From IMG/VR virus record IMGVR_UViG_3300025769_000149, positions 1 through 54,765 of that record: a stretch of 54,765 nt of DNA, one strand, 5' to 3'. The DNA comes from a virus (taxonomy: Duplodnaviria > Caudoviricetes). A model generated the notes under the pieces. The model did not search any database. It worked only from the letters and a program-made list of their open reading frames with translations, and was not told the DNA's origin. The position numbers and the translations under genes were made by a program. Below are positions 8,205 to 18,596 of this stretch, piece by piece (the stretch's first letter is position 1; each line of letters opens with the position of its first letter).

Positions 8205-8984
8205 ATGAGTAAATTTTTTCAAGCAGTAGTTAGGCCTGAAATGACTGTTACGGCTTTAAACGCTGGCAACATAACCGCTGGACAAATTCTATTTGACTTC
8301 GCTCAGTTTGATATACCTAATGGATCTGCTAGATTTTTAGGTGGTCACTGTTTGTATAGAGGTAAAAACGGAGCAGATTACACTCCAGTTGATTTTGAAG
8401 TATATTTTGCAAAGTCAGACAAAAATGGAACAGCTCCATTTCTTTCGGCTGATAGACGTGGTAGTGTAGATTCAACCTTAACTCAATGCGGTGCTGCGGA
8501 TTTAATTCAAAGTAGAACTTACGTTGACGCAAGCGTGGCTAGTAATGGCACTAGTTTAATATATGGCAACACAATTTTGATAGAGGCCTCTGGTGGTGCT
8601 TCTACATCTTCAACAATGCAAGATCTAGTAGTTACACCTATTTTCCAGGGAGTACCTAACACAGGTTCAGGCACGGGTTACACCAGTTTATACATGGCTG
8701 GTATATCTAAGGGTAATCATAACTGGGGACCTTCAACAATGACTGTTGATGGCACGATGTCTACAGATAGTCCAATACTTACTGTTGCTGATCTAGACGC
8801 AACAATAGCTTTAGCGCCTGGTGATATTTTAAGAGACGAAGATGACAATTTACTTGGTACGGTTAAACGTGTGGATAGCGCTACTCAAATAACGTTAGAA
8901 GATAATTTAGCCAACGCAAGCGCAGACGATAAGCTGGTTTTCAATACGACTCCTCTTACATTCGTGCTTGGATTTGAGCAATAA
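8205..8984 (+). CDS. putative virion structural protein
   Basis: 259 aa, beta-rich; GDILRDEDDNLLGTV module resembles the C-terminal region of the 2815-aa tail protein. Confidence 0.65.
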   Translation: MSKFFQAVVRPEMTVTALNAGNITAGQILFDFAQFDIPNGSARFLGGHCLYRGKNGADYTPVDFEVYFAKSDKNGTAPFLSADRRGSVDSTLTQCGAADLIQSRTYVDASVASNGTSLIYGNTILIEASGGASTSSTMQDLVVTPIFQGVPNTGSGTGYTSLYMAGISKGNHNWGPSTMTVDGTMSTDSPILTVADLDATIALAPGDILRDEDDNLLGTVKRVDSATQITLEDNLANASADDKLVFNTTPLTFVLGFEQ

Positions 8985-9018
8985 ACAATAAACAATTTTA
9001 ATTTAATACAATTTAATT

Positions 9019-9297
9019 ATGGGAAAAAAGAAAGAAAAGGTCATTGACCTAAAGCCAGAGAAGATCTCTGAAGAAGAGCTTAAAGAATTACAGCAAGTTG
9101 TAGCTGCTATTAATAAGTTGCAGTTTGATATTGGAACAATGGAAGTTCAAAAGCATAACGCTTTACACGCGTTGTTTCAAGGTAATGATAAGCTAAATGC
9201 AATGCAAGATAAATTTAATGAAGAGTACGGTACTGGTGATGTGAATATTCAGGATGGTACTATAAATTACAAAGAAGATGAGCCATCTGATTCGTAA
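9019..9297 (+). CDS. coiled-coil hypothetical protein
   Basis: KISEEELKELQ heptads, EEYGTGDVNIQDG. Confidence 0.75.
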   Translation: MGKKKEKVIDLKPEKISEEELKELQQVVAAINKLQFDIGTMEVQKHNALHALFQGNDKLNAMQDKFNEEYGTGDVNIQDGTINYKEDEPSDS

Positions 9298-9499
9298 GAT
9301 AACGATAGGTAAAGATTATAAAAATGATGCCATGCACTATTCTGTTGGACAGGAAGTGTATGGTGGTCATACCATTTGTGATATACTAGAGGAAAAAGAA
9401 AAATACTCAGTATATATTAGAAAGGGTGAAGCTGTAATTCCGTGGAAAGACTTTAATAAGAACATGGCTATATCAGTTGAGTATAATCTTGAGTATTAA
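9278..9499 (+). CDS. hypothetical protein
   Basis: 73 aa, overlap-coupled to both neighbours. Confidence 0.75.
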   Translation: MSHLIRKITIGKDYKNDAMHYSVGQEVYGGHTICDILEEKEKYSVYIRKGEAVIPWKDFNKNMAISVEYNLEY

Positions 9500-10089
9500 T
9501 GCAAGCACTCTATAATTTTGTTGTAGAACCTATAGGTGAAAGATACAACAATAATAAAAAAGTAGGTGATAAAGAACTAATACTTAACACAGAAATATTT
9601 AACCATCAATATATAAATCGAGAGGCCGAAGTTAAAATAACACCTCGTATAGGCTGTAACGATATTGATGTTGGAGATAAAGTTATATTGCACCATAACG
9701 TCTTTAGACGATGGCACAATATAAAAAGCAAAGAAAAGAACAGTAGATCTTACTTTAAGGAAAATCAATACTTTGTAGCTCCAGATCAAATATTTTTGTA
9801 TAAAAAAGATAAAGACTGGATTTGTCCTAATGGTTATTGTTTCATACAACCTATAAAAAGTAATGACAACTTTGACGTAGAAACTGAGAGACCGCTAATA
9901 GGTGTTGTTAAGTATTCTGACGGAACTGTTAACGTTGGGGATCTAGTTGGTTTTAACCCTAGCAGTGAATTTGAATTCGTTGTTGATGGGCAAAGAATGT
10001 ACAGAGTGTTATCTAAATATATTACAATTAAATATGAATATCAAGGAGACGAAGAAGAGTATAATCCAAGCTGGGCACAGAGCAGTTGA
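9499..10089 (+). CDS. tandem GroES-like domain protein
   Basis: two GroES-like halves: NFVVEP...IDVGDKVILHH and YCFIQP...GVVKY...VNVGDLVGF...DGQRMYRV. Confidence 0.65.
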   Translation: MQALYNFVVEPIGERYNNNKKVGDKELILNTEIFNHQYINREAEVKITPRIGCNDIDVGDKVILHHNVFRRWHNIKSKEKNSRSYFKENQYFVAPDQIFLYKKDKDWICPNGYCFIQPIKSNDNFDVETERPLIGVVKYSDGTVNVGDLVGFNPSSEFEFVVDGQRMYRVLSKYITIKYEYQGDEEEYNPSWAQSS

Positions 10090-10309
10090 AGAGTTGATCA
10101 AGGTAGCTAAAGAAGCTATTGTTGATTCAGACGATGATATATCAGCTGACAGACTTAAAAACGCCGCTGCCACAAAGAAGCTTGCTATCTTCGACGCCTT
10201 CGAGATATTAAACAGAATCCAAGAAGAAGAAAATCTTTTAGAAGGTAAAGCACCTGAAGAAAAGAAAGAGAGAGTATTTAAGGGTTTTGCTGAGGGTAGA
10301 TCTAAATAA
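10034..10309 (+). CDS. putative terminase small subunit
   Basis: helical 91-aa protein from ATG 10034 (MNIKETKK), TAATG-coupled to terL; call is mainly positional. Confidence 0.5.
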   Translation: MNIKETKKSIIQAGHRAVEELIKVAKEAIVDSDDDISADRLKNAAATKKLAIFDAFEILNRIQEEENLLEGKAPEEKKERVFKGFAEGRSK

Positions 10310-12525
10310 TGTACGAGCAGACTTTATATAAGATAATAGAACCTATAAAGAAAACAACTCTTACTAGATTAAATAGAGGTAAGAAGTGGAAGTACGGTTA
10401 TAACAAAGAGCACGACTTAGTAGTTCTTGCAAATAACGGGGTTATAGGTGATATATACGAAATACAAGGATTAAAGATAGCTTTGCCCAAAGCACCAAAA
10501 AACGTATTTAAACACGAGAAAAATAAGTGGGTTAAACAAGAGTATCCTAAAGAGCTATCTCGTATTAAAAATATATTCGACTGGAGAAACTATCCAGACG
10601 AGCAGAAAGAAAACTGGCACGACTATATTGACGAAGAATTTAGACGTAGAGAAGAAGGGTTCTGGTTCACTAATAACGGAGTGCCAACATACATAACGGG
10701 TACACACTATATGTACCTACAATGGAGTAAGATTGACGTTGGAGCTCCAGACTTTAGAGAGGCGAACAGACTATTCTTTATATTTTGGGAAGCCTGTAAA
10801 GCTGACAAGAGATGCTATGGGATGTGCTACCTTAAAAACCGTCGTTCAGGTTTCTCGTTTATGTCATCAGCTGAAACAGTTAACTTAGCCACTATATCAA
10901 GTGATAGTAGATATGGGATCCTTTCTAAGTCTGGTGCCGATGCAAAGAAGATGTTTACTGATAAAGTAGTACCTATATCAATAAATTACCCATTCTTCTT
11001 TAAACCTATACAAGATGGTATGGATCGTCCAAAATCCGAACTTGCGTATAGAGTTCCAGCTAGTAAATTTACTCGTAAAAAAATACAAGTAAACGAACAG
11101 CTCGAGGAGATAGCGGGTCTTGATACTACAATTGACTGGAAGAACACGGGTGATAATAGCTATGATGGTGAAAAGCTAAATTTGCTAGTACATGATGAGA
11201 GTGGTAAGTGGGAGAGACCTGATAACATATTAAACAACTGGCGAGTTACTAAGACCTGTCTAAGGTTAGGTAGTAGAATCGTCGGTAAGTGCATGATGGG
11301 TAGTACCAGCAACGCGCTTGATAAAGGTGGGGATAACTTTAAAAAACTGTACAATGATTCTGACGTATCAAGACGAAATGCTAATGGACAAACGAAGTCT
11401 GGCCTTTATTCTCTCTTTATCCCAATGGAATGGAACTATGAAGGATTTATTGACGAGTACGGACTTCCAGTCTTTGATAATCCAGGTGATGATGTACGAT
11501 ATGGACCAGACGGTGAATTAATAGACGTAGGTGTAATAACAAGTTGGGAAAACGAAGCGGAAGGTTTAAAAGATGATCAAGACGCGTTAAATGAGTTTTA
11601 TCGTCAATTTCCTAGAACTGAAGAGCATGCGTTTAGAGATGAGACTAAAAACAGTATATTTAATTTAATTAAAATATACGAGCAAATAGATTTTAACGAA
11701 GCTAGCAGACATAGCGCTCATGTTACTACTGGTAGTTTTGGTTGGGTAAATGGGGTAAGAGACACACAAGTTGTTTTCCACCCTGATCCATCAGGTAGAT
11801 TTAAAGTGAGCTGGGTTCCTCCAGGTCATTTACAAAATAAACAGATTGTAAAAAATGGAGTTAGATACCCTGCAAATGAGCATATCGGAGCCTTTGGCTG
11901 TGATAGTTACGACATTAGTGGTACTGTTGACGGTCGTGGTTCGAAAGGCGCATTACACGGACTAACAAAGTTTTCTTTAGAAGAAGCGCCATCAAGCACT
12001 TTTTTCTTAGAGTATATAGCTAGACCACAAACCGCAGAGATGTTCTTTGAAGATGTTTTAATGGCACTAGTGTTTTACGGTATGCCGCTACTCGCAGAGA
12101 ACAATAAACCTAGACTACTATACTATCTACGCCGCAGAGGCTATAGAGGATACAGTATGAACAGACCAGACAAAACTTTGAGAAAGTTATCTGTAGCCGA
12201 ACGAGAGGTTGGAGGTATACCAAACTCAAGTGAAGATATTAAACAGGCTCACGCAGCCGCTATTGAAATGTACATACAGAACTATGTAGGACATTTAGGG
12301 GACGGTGATTTTGGCACGATGTATTTTAATGATACATTACTGGATTGGAGCAGGTTTGATATAAACAAAAGAACAAAGTTTGATGCGTCTATAAGTTCTG
12401 GCTTAGCCATCATGGCTTGCAATAGACATTTATACGCACCAAACGCTAAGACTCAAAAAACACCTTTGAATTTGAATATAGCAAAATATGACAATGAGGG
12501 ATTTATGTCTCAAATAATTAAATAG
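10309..12525 (+). CDS. terL: terminase large subunit
   Basis: Walker A-like LKNRRSGFS, Walker B LLVHDESGK, motif III GSTSN, nuclease FGCDSYD and FDASISSGLA. Confidence 0.92.
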   Translation: MYEQTLYKIIEPIKKTTLTRLNRGKKWKYGYNKEHDLVVLANNGVIGDIYEIQGLKIALPKAPKNVFKHEKNKWVKQEYPKELSRIKNIFDWRNYPDEQKENWHDYIDEEFRRREEGFWFTNNGVPTYITGTHYMYLQWSKIDVGAPDFREANRLFFIFWEACKADKRCYGMCYLKNRRSGFSFMSSAETVNLATISSDSRYGILSKSGADAKKMFTDKVVPISINYPFFFKPIQDGMDRPKSELAYRVPASKFTRKKIQVNEQLEEIAGLDTTIDWKNTGDNSYDGEKLNLLVHDESGKWERPDNILNNWRVTKTCLRLGSRIVGKCMMGSTSNALDKGGDNFKKLYNDSDVSRRNANGQTKSGLYSLFIPMEWNYEGFIDEYGLPVFDNPGDDVRYGPDGELIDVGVITSWENEAEGLKDDQDALNEFYRQFPRTEEHAFRDETKNSIFNLIKIYEQIDFNEASRHSAHVTTGSFGWVNGVRDTQVVFHPDPSGRFKVSWVPPGHLQNKQIVKNGVRYPANEHIGAFGCDSYDISGTVDGRGSKGALHGLTKFSLEEAPSSTFFLEYIARPQTAEMFFEDVLMALVFYGMPLLAENNKPRLLYYLRRRGYRGYSMNRPDKTLRKLSVAEREVGGIPNSSEDIKQAHAAAIEMYIQNYVGHLGDGDFGTMYFNDTLLDWSRFDINKRTKFDASISSGLAIMACNRHLYAPNAKTQKTPLNLNIAKYDNEGFMSQIIK

Positions 12526-12527
12526 AT

Positions 12528-14903
12528 ATGGCGGAAAACGTACACGTTAACTTTCCTTCTCAAGCAGTACCTGACCTAGAAAAGATGACGCCTGAGTATG
12601 GGCTTAAGGTAGCGAAAGCAATTGAACAAGAGTGGTTCACAGACGCCAACTCTAATAGATATATGGATACTAAAAATAGTTTCCATAGATTAAGACTGTA
12701 TGCTAGAGGAGAACAATCTATTCAAAAATATAAAGATGAGTTATCTATTAACGGTGATTTATCTTATCTTAATTTAGATTGGAAGCCAGTACCAATTATA
12801 CCTAAATTTGTGGATATCGTAGTTAACGGTATGGCTAATAGAATGTTTACCATTAAAGCTTATTCACAAGATCAATACGGTGTAAGTAAGCGTACTGAGT
12901 ACATGGATTCTCTTTTATTTGACATGAAGTCTAGAGAGTTCAACGATCAGGCACAAGAGATGTTTCAAATCGATTTATATAAAAACGATAAAGAACAACT
13001 ACCAGACACCGAAGAAGAACTAGCATTACACATGCAGCTCAATTATAAGCAAGCTGTAGAGTTAGCTGAAGAACAGGCTATAAATGTGTTGCTTGAAGGT
13101 AGCAACTATAATAACATTAGACAGAGGTTTTTATATGATCTTACTGTTCTTGGTATTGGTTGTATAAAAACAACTTTTAACTGGAGTGATGGCGCAAAAG
13201 TAGAATACGTAGATCCAGCTAACATTGTTTACTCTTATACTGATTCACCTTATTTTGAAGATATATACTATATTGGTGAAGTAAAAACAATACCTATTAA
13301 TGAGTTGGCTAGAGAGTTTGATCACTTAACTGAACTAGATTTAGAAGAGATACACGAAAGCTCAAGCAATAGATATATAGGGGCTAGGCGTATACATGAG
13401 TCTGATAAAAACAAAGTTCAAGTTCTATACTTTAACTATAGAACACACATGAACGAGGTTTATAAAATTAAAGAAACTACTACCGGAGGTTATAAAGCTA
13501 TAGAAAAAAGCGACTCATTTAACCCTCCTGCTCAAGTAGTAGGTAACTACTCTAAAGTACAAAGAGCCGTAGAATGTGTTTTTGAGGGCGCTGTCGTTTT
13601 AGGTACAGATAAATTACTAAAGTGGAACAAGGCTGAAAACATGATGCGAGCAAAGAGTGATTTTAACAAAGTTAAAATGAACTACTCTTTAGTTGCACCA
13701 AGGATGTACAATGGTAAAATAGAATCTTTAGTTAGTAGAATTACGGGGTTTGCTGATATGATTCAGCTTACACACTTAAAGCTGCAGCAAGTGATGTCGC
13801 GCATGGTACCGGATGGAGTATACCTTGATGCTGACGGACTTGCTGAAGTAGATTTAGGTAACGGCACAAACTATAATCCACAGGAGGCACTTAATATGTT
13901 CTTCCAAACTGGTAGTGTAATTGGTAGATCGTTTACACAAGACGGCGATCCAAACCCTGGTAAAATACCTATTCAACAGATATCCAACGGTCAAGGGGCT
14001 GGAGCTAAGCTACAAGCTTTAATTGGTAATTACAATTATTACTTACAAATGATCCGTGATGTAACGGGTTTAAATGAGGCTAGAGACGGTAGTATGCCAG
14101 ATGAAAGGTCTTTAGTTGGCGTTCAAAAATTAGCAGCAGCAAACTCTAATGTTGCAACGCGCCATATATTACTAGGATCAATGTTCTTAACTACCGAGGC
14201 GGCTGAAGCTTTATCTCTTAGAATATCTGATATACTAGAATACTCGCCAACGGCCGATGCATTTGTGCAAGCTATAGGTGCTCACAACGTAGCTACATTA
14301 AAAGATATGGCGGAGCTATACTTGTATGATTTCGGTATATTTATTGAGCTTGAACCTGACGAAGAAGATAAACAGCTATTAGAAAACAACATACAAACAG
14401 CTCTTGCACAACAGTTAATAGATTTAGACGATGCTATAGATATACGTGAAATAAGAAACATTAAGTTAGCAAATCAACTATTAAAAGTAAAGCGTAAGAA
14501 AAAACAAGAGCGTGATCAGAAAATTCAAGAGCAGAACATGCAAGCGCAAGCACAAGCAAATGCGCAAACTCAACAAGCCGCTGCTCAAGCTGAGATACAA
14601 AAAAATCAGGCAAAAACTCAAGCGGACATCCAAATAGAAACTCTTAAGTCTCAAAACAAGATAGCTCATCTTCAAGAGGAAGTTAAACTAAAGAAAGAGT
14701 TAATGGCTTACGAGTTCCAACTTAACAATCAGATAAGAGAACAAGAGCGAGCTTCCAACGAAAGAATGGAGACAATGAAGGAGCAGGGTAAAGATAAGCG
14801 AGAAAAAGCGAAAGCAACTGCTAAAAGATTTGAATCTTCAGGTAATGATGTATTAGGAGGCGGAATGGGTTTAGATAAGTTTACCCCACAAATAGGTAAT
14901 TAA
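12528..14903 (+). CDS. portal protein
   Basis: 791 aa after terL; PIIPKFVDIVV, IRDVTGLNEARDG, Gln-rich coiled-coil C-terminal barrel. Confidence 0.88.
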   Translation: MAENVHVNFPSQAVPDLEKMTPEYGLKVAKAIEQEWFTDANSNRYMDTKNSFHRLRLYARGEQSIQKYKDELSINGDLSYLNLDWKPVPIIPKFVDIVVNGMANRMFTIKAYSQDQYGVSKRTEYMDSLLFDMKSREFNDQAQEMFQIDLYKNDKEQLPDTEEELALHMQLNYKQAVELAEEQAINVLLEGSNYNNIRQRFLYDLTVLGIGCIKTTFNWSDGAKVEYVDPANIVYSYTDSPYFEDIYYIGEVKTIPINELAREFDHLTELDLEEIHESSSNRYIGARRIHESDKNKVQVLYFNYRTHMNEVYKIKETTTGGYKAIEKSDSFNPPAQVVGNYSKVQRAVECVFEGAVVLGTDKLLKWNKAENMMRAKSDFNKVKMNYSLVAPRMYNGKIESLVSRITGFADMIQLTHLKLQQVMSRMVPDGVYLDADGLAEVDLGNGTNYNPQEALNMFFQTGSVIGRSFTQDGDPNPGKIPIQQISNGQGAGAKLQALIGNYNYYLQMIRDVTGLNEARDGSMPDERSLVGVQKLAAANSNVATRHILLGSMFLTTEAAEALSLRISDILEYSPTADAFVQAIGAHNVATLKDMAELYLYDFGIFIELEPDEEDKQLLENNIQTALAQQLIDLDDAIDIREIRNIKLANQLLKVKRKKKQERDQKIQEQNMQAQAQANAQTQQAAAQAEIQKNQAKTQADIQIETLKSQNKIAHLQEEVKLKKELMAYEFQLNNQIREQERASNERMETMKEQGKDKREKAKATAKRFESSGNDVLGGGMGLDKFTPQIGN

Positions 14904-14920
14904 TTATATAATATTTTATT

Positions 14921-16120
14921 ATGGAACAAAATAATCAAACAGATCTTGAGGAGGTGATCCAAGAGGTCGAAAACGAAACACCACAAGAAGAGGCTGTAGA
15001 ACAAACGCCTGAACTTGATTTAGAAAAATTTGACAGCAAAGATGACCCAGATGTTATTAAAGTTGATTTAAGCAAACCACCAACCAATGAAACTAAAGAA
15101 AGTAACCCTGACGACTCAGGAGTGGCTGGAGTCGATGAAAGTCCCGAGCCCACACAAGAACAAGAAGAAGTACAACCGCAAGGAGAAGTACAAGGAGAAG
15201 TACCAGTACTAGAGGAAGTAACAGAGGAAGAAGTTGAAGAGTTTAAAGAAGAGGTTAGCGAAGCTATAGATGAAGCCAAAGCTTCTGGCGAGCCACTTCC
15301 AGAAAACGTTCAAAAGCTTATTGACTTTATGGCTGATACTGGAGGAGATCTCGAAGATTACGTTAGGTTAAATAGGAATGTCGAGGATATTGATGATCAA
15401 GACGCTCTTAGAGAATACTATAAAGTTACTAAACCTCATTTATCTACTGAAGAAGTAGAGTTTTTATTAGAAGATAAATTCTCTTATGATGAAGACGTAG
15501 ATGGCGAGAGAGATATTAAAAGAAAGAAGTTAGCCAGAAAAGAGCAAGTTGCAGAGGCTAAAGCCTACTTAGACGGGCAAAAGTCTAAATATTACGAAGA
15601 AATTAAAGCTGGAAGTAAGTTGACAGAAGATCAACAGAAGGCAATTGATTTTTTCAACAGATACAATAAAGAGTCAGAGCAGACTCGTAAGATAGCTGAA
15701 AAAGGTAAATCTATTTTTAAACAAAAAACCGATCAGGTTTTTAATGACAAGTTCAAAGGTTTTGAATATAACGTCGGAGATAAAAAATATAGATTTAACG
15801 TTAAAGACGCGGATAGGGTAAAGGAATCACAAAGTGATATGAATAATTTCATCGGAAAGTTTCTTGATGAAAATCAAAACATGAGTGATGCTAAAGGTTA
15901 CCATAAAGGTTTGTTTACAGCCATGAATCCGGATGTCGTAGCTCAGCATTTTTATGAACAAGGAAAAGCGGATGCTATTAAAGAAAGTATGGCAAAAGCA
16001 AAAAACATTAACACGTCAGCAAGATCAACTCATAACGAGGCTCAAACTAGCGGGTTAAAGTTTAGAGTTCTAGGTGATGATTCTGATTCTTTAAAGTTCA
16101 AAATTAAAAGAAAAAAATAA
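14921..16120 (+). CDS. capsid scaffolding protein
   Basis: very acidic disordered N-half and helical C-half; lies between portal and capsid. Confidence 0.7.
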   Translation: MEQNNQTDLEEVIQEVENETPQEEAVEQTPELDLEKFDSKDDPDVIKVDLSKPPTNETKESNPDDSGVAGVDESPEPTQEQEEVQPQGEVQGEVPVLEEVTEEEVEEFKEEVSEAIDEAKASGEPLPENVQKLIDFMADTGGDLEDYVRLNRNVEDIDDQDALREYYKVTKPHLSTEEVEFLLEDKFSYDEDVDGERDIKRKKLARKEQVAEAKAYLDGQKSKYYEEIKAGSKLTEDQQKAIDFFNRYNKESEQTRKIAEKGKSIFKQKTDQVFNDKFKGFEYNVGDKKYRFNVKDADRVKESQSDMNNFIGKFLDENQNMSDAKGYHKGLFTAMNPDVVAQHFYEQGKADAIKESMAKAKNINTSARSTHNEAQTSGLKFRVLGDDSDSLKFKIKRKK

Positions 16121-16139
16121 CAATTAAAAATTACTTAAA

Positions 16140-17621
16140 ATGTCTATTACAGCAGGAGGTAGTTTAAACAGCGTAGCTTTACCAAACAAAGTAGCTACAG
16201 CTCAAAACTACCTAGATTTTACAACAGCAAACGACGGTTGGGCTAAACAATACCTACCGGAAGTTATGGAAAAGGAAGCTGAGGTGTTCGGTAACAGAAC
16301 AATCGCAGGATTCCTTTCGCAAGTAGGCGCAGAAGAGGCAATGATGTCTGACCAAGTTATTTGGTCTGAGCAGGGTCGTTTGCACCTATGTTTTACAGGT
16401 ACTATTAACACCCAAAGTTCGGTTATTCATATCAATAATGATATTGATGGAACTGGTGATCCAGCAGCTAACCAACCTATCCGTGTTAACGATCAGGTTC
16501 TAGTTGCGATCGATGATTCAGGTGTTACTAATACTTTAATGTGTCACGTACAGTACGTAGACGGCGATGATATCACAGCAACTCCTTACGGATACGAAAA
16601 CTGGGATGATCACACTTCTATTGCTACTGAAACTGGTACTGGTACAACTTGTACAGTTCTAGTTGTTGGTTCTGAATACGGAAAAGGTACTGATGGACCA
16701 GCTTCTTCAAACTCTCCAGCGCACAAGACGTTTACTCAAAAGCCTATTATCCTTAAGGATAAGTACACGGTTAACGGATCTGACACAGCTCAGATTGGTT
16801 GGGTAGAAGTTTCTGGAGAAGATGGAACTGGAGGTTACCTATGGTACCTTAAGGCAGAAGGTGAAACTCGTATGCGTTTCACAGATTACTTAGAAATGGC
16901 TATGCTTGAGTCTGTTCTTCCTGATTCAACTAACTCTCACGTTATTGACGCAGGAGCTGCTAGCTCTGTAGCTGATTCTCTTGGTACTAACTCTGGTCAC
17001 GAAGGTCTATGGGCTGCTATCACTTCTCGTGGTAACGTGTCTACTGGTATCGACGGCGTTAACGCTGCTACTGACTTAGCTGAATTCGATTTAATTCTAG
17101 CTGAGTTTGATAAGCAAGGCGCTATTGAGGAGAACATGCTATTCTGCAACAGAAGCGTTTCTCTAGCGGTAGATGATATGCTTGCATCAATGAACTCTTA
17201 CGGTTCAGGTGGAAGTTCTTACGGAGTGTTTGATAATGACGAAGATATGGCTCTTAACCTAGGATTCTCTGGATTCCGCCGTGGGTCATACGACTTCTAC
17301 AAGTCAGACATGAAGTACTTGAACGACCGTGGAACTAGAGGAGCTATCAACGAGAAAGATCCTACTAATGCAATTCGCGGATGTTTCATTCCAGCAGGAG
17401 TGTCTTCAGTATACGATCAAATGTTAGGTAGAAACCTTAAGCGTCCGTTCTTACACGTACGTTACAGAGCTTCTCAAACTGATAACCGTCGTTTCAAGAC
17501 TTGGGTTACTGGTTCTGTAGGAGCTGCTACATCTGATCTTGACGCTATGACAATTAACTACCTATCTGAAAGGTGCTTAATTACTCAAGGCGCTAATAAC
17601 TTTATGCTACTTAAAGGGTAA
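16140..17621 (+). CDS. major capsid protein
   Basis: 493 aa after the scaffold; highly-expressed codon bias; followed by a terminator; WSEQGRL and LGFSGFRRG. Confidence 0.85.
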   Translation: MSITAGGSLNSVALPNKVATAQNYLDFTTANDGWAKQYLPEVMEKEAEVFGNRTIAGFLSQVGAEEAMMSDQVIWSEQGRLHLCFTGTINTQSSVIHINNDIDGTGDPAANQPIRVNDQVLVAIDDSGVTNTLMCHVQYVDGDDITATPYGYENWDDHTSIATETGTGTTCTVLVVGSEYGKGTDGPASSNSPAHKTFTQKPIILKDKYTVNGSDTAQIGWVEVSGEDGTGGYLWYLKAEGETRMRFTDYLEMAMLESVLPDSTNSHVIDAGAASSVADSLGTNSGHEGLWAAITSRGNVSTGIDGVNAATDLAEFDLILAEFDKQGAIEENMLFCNRSVSLAVDDMLASMNSYGSGGSSYGVFDNDEDMALNLGFSGFRRGSYDFYKSDMKYLNDRGTRGAINEKDPTNAIRGCFIPAGVSSVYDQMLGRNLKRPFLHVRYRASQTDNRRFKTWVTGSVGAATSDLDAMTINYLSERCLITQGANNFMLLKG

Positions 17622-17640
17622 CATGTATATTTCGTAAAGA

Positions 17641-17685
17641 GCTGGGGCGCTAACGCGTCCCGGCCCTTTATATTATTTTTTATTT
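17641..17685 (+). terminator. intrinsic terminator after the major capsid gene
   Basis: GCTGGGGCGC-taac-GCGTCCCGGC stem (2 G-U pairs) followed by a T-rich tract. Confidence 0.7.
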
Positions 17686-17694
17686 TATTATATT

Positions 17695-18537
17695 ATGGCA
17701 AAGAAAAAACCAACACCAGCTGTTGCACAAGAAACTGTGGCAGCTATGGAACAGTCGTTTGAAAATGAAGTTAAAGTAGCTTCTACTCCAAAAGACTCTA
17801 AACCCGATGTTAACAAGAAGTGGGAAATTAAAGATAGAGATTACTATCTTGTAGGTAAAGCAAAACCCTTAACGTATTCGATTAAATCATCTAACATATA
17901 TTACTTTGACGAGGAGTTGGGATATGAAAGAGAGTTAAAGAATACTTCCAATCAACGAACTTGTTTTGTTGATGAAATGAAAGGTGACCAAAGATTAGAG
18001 CATATTGTTTTTAGAAACGGTGTTCTACGTGTACCTAGAAATAAAGTAGCTTTACAAAAATTACTTTCTTTATACCATCCATGGAAGGGCAACGTATATG
18101 ACGAATACAATCCAGTTAGCGTAGCAGTAGACCAGGTTGCAAGTATAGAGCTAGAAATCGAAGCGCTTAATACCGCTCAACAGCTAGATATTGACTTGGC
18201 AGAGGCTGTATTACGTGTAGAGATTGGTTCTAGAGTATCAGAGATGAGTTCTAAGGAACTTAAACGTGATTTACTACTATACGCTAAGAGAAACCCTGGT
18301 TTGTTCTTAGAATTAGTTAATGATGATAACGTTCAGTTAAGAAACGTTGGTATCAGAGCTACGGAAAGAGGGCTTATTAAGTTATCTTCCGATCAAAGAA
18401 CGTTTAAGTGGGCTTCTAACGATAGAAAGTTAATAACAGTTCCTTTTGACGAACACCCTTACTCAGCGCTTGCCGCCTGGTTTAAGACTGACGAAGGTAT
18501 GGAGGTATTTAAGAATATCGAAAAACGATTACAATAA
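17695..18537 (+). CDS. hypothetical head-associated protein
   Basis: 280 aa in the structural operon directly after the capsid gene. Confidence 0.75.
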   Translation: MAKKKPTPAVAQETVAAMEQSFENEVKVASTPKDSKPDVNKKWEIKDRDYYLVGKAKPLTYSIKSSNIYYFDEELGYERELKNTSNQRTCFVDEMKGDQRLEHIVFRNGVLRVPRNKVALQKLLSLYHPWKGNVYDEYNPVSVAVDQVASIELEIEALNTAQQLDIDLAEAVLRVEIGSRVSEMSSKELKRDLLLYAKRNPGLFLELVNDDNVQLRNVGIRATERGLIKLSSDQRTFKWASNDRKLITVPFDEHPYSALAAWFKTDEGMEVFKNIEKRLQ

Positions 18538-18545
18538 TAATCACT

Positions 18546-18583
18546 TAGTTGGGTGGCCACCCTTCGGGGTGGTCACTAAACTA
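18546..18583 (+). promoter_or_regulatory. stable cUUCGg intergenic hairpin
   Basis: GTGGCCACCC-TTCG-GGGTGGTCAC with outer TAGTT/AACTA; followed by an A-run, not a U-run. Confidence 0.7.
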
Positions 18584-18596
18584 TAAAAAACGAATT

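Noticed and set aside
9947-10033. Extended N-termini in the ORF track (also 18549-18596, 46956-47024, 54344-54418)
   Set aside because: Downstream ATGs give typical coupling to neighbours; the extensions overlap other genes or a hairpin
11318-11521. Alternative-frame 67-aa ORF inside terL
   Set aside because: Short enough to arise by chance; no supporting motif
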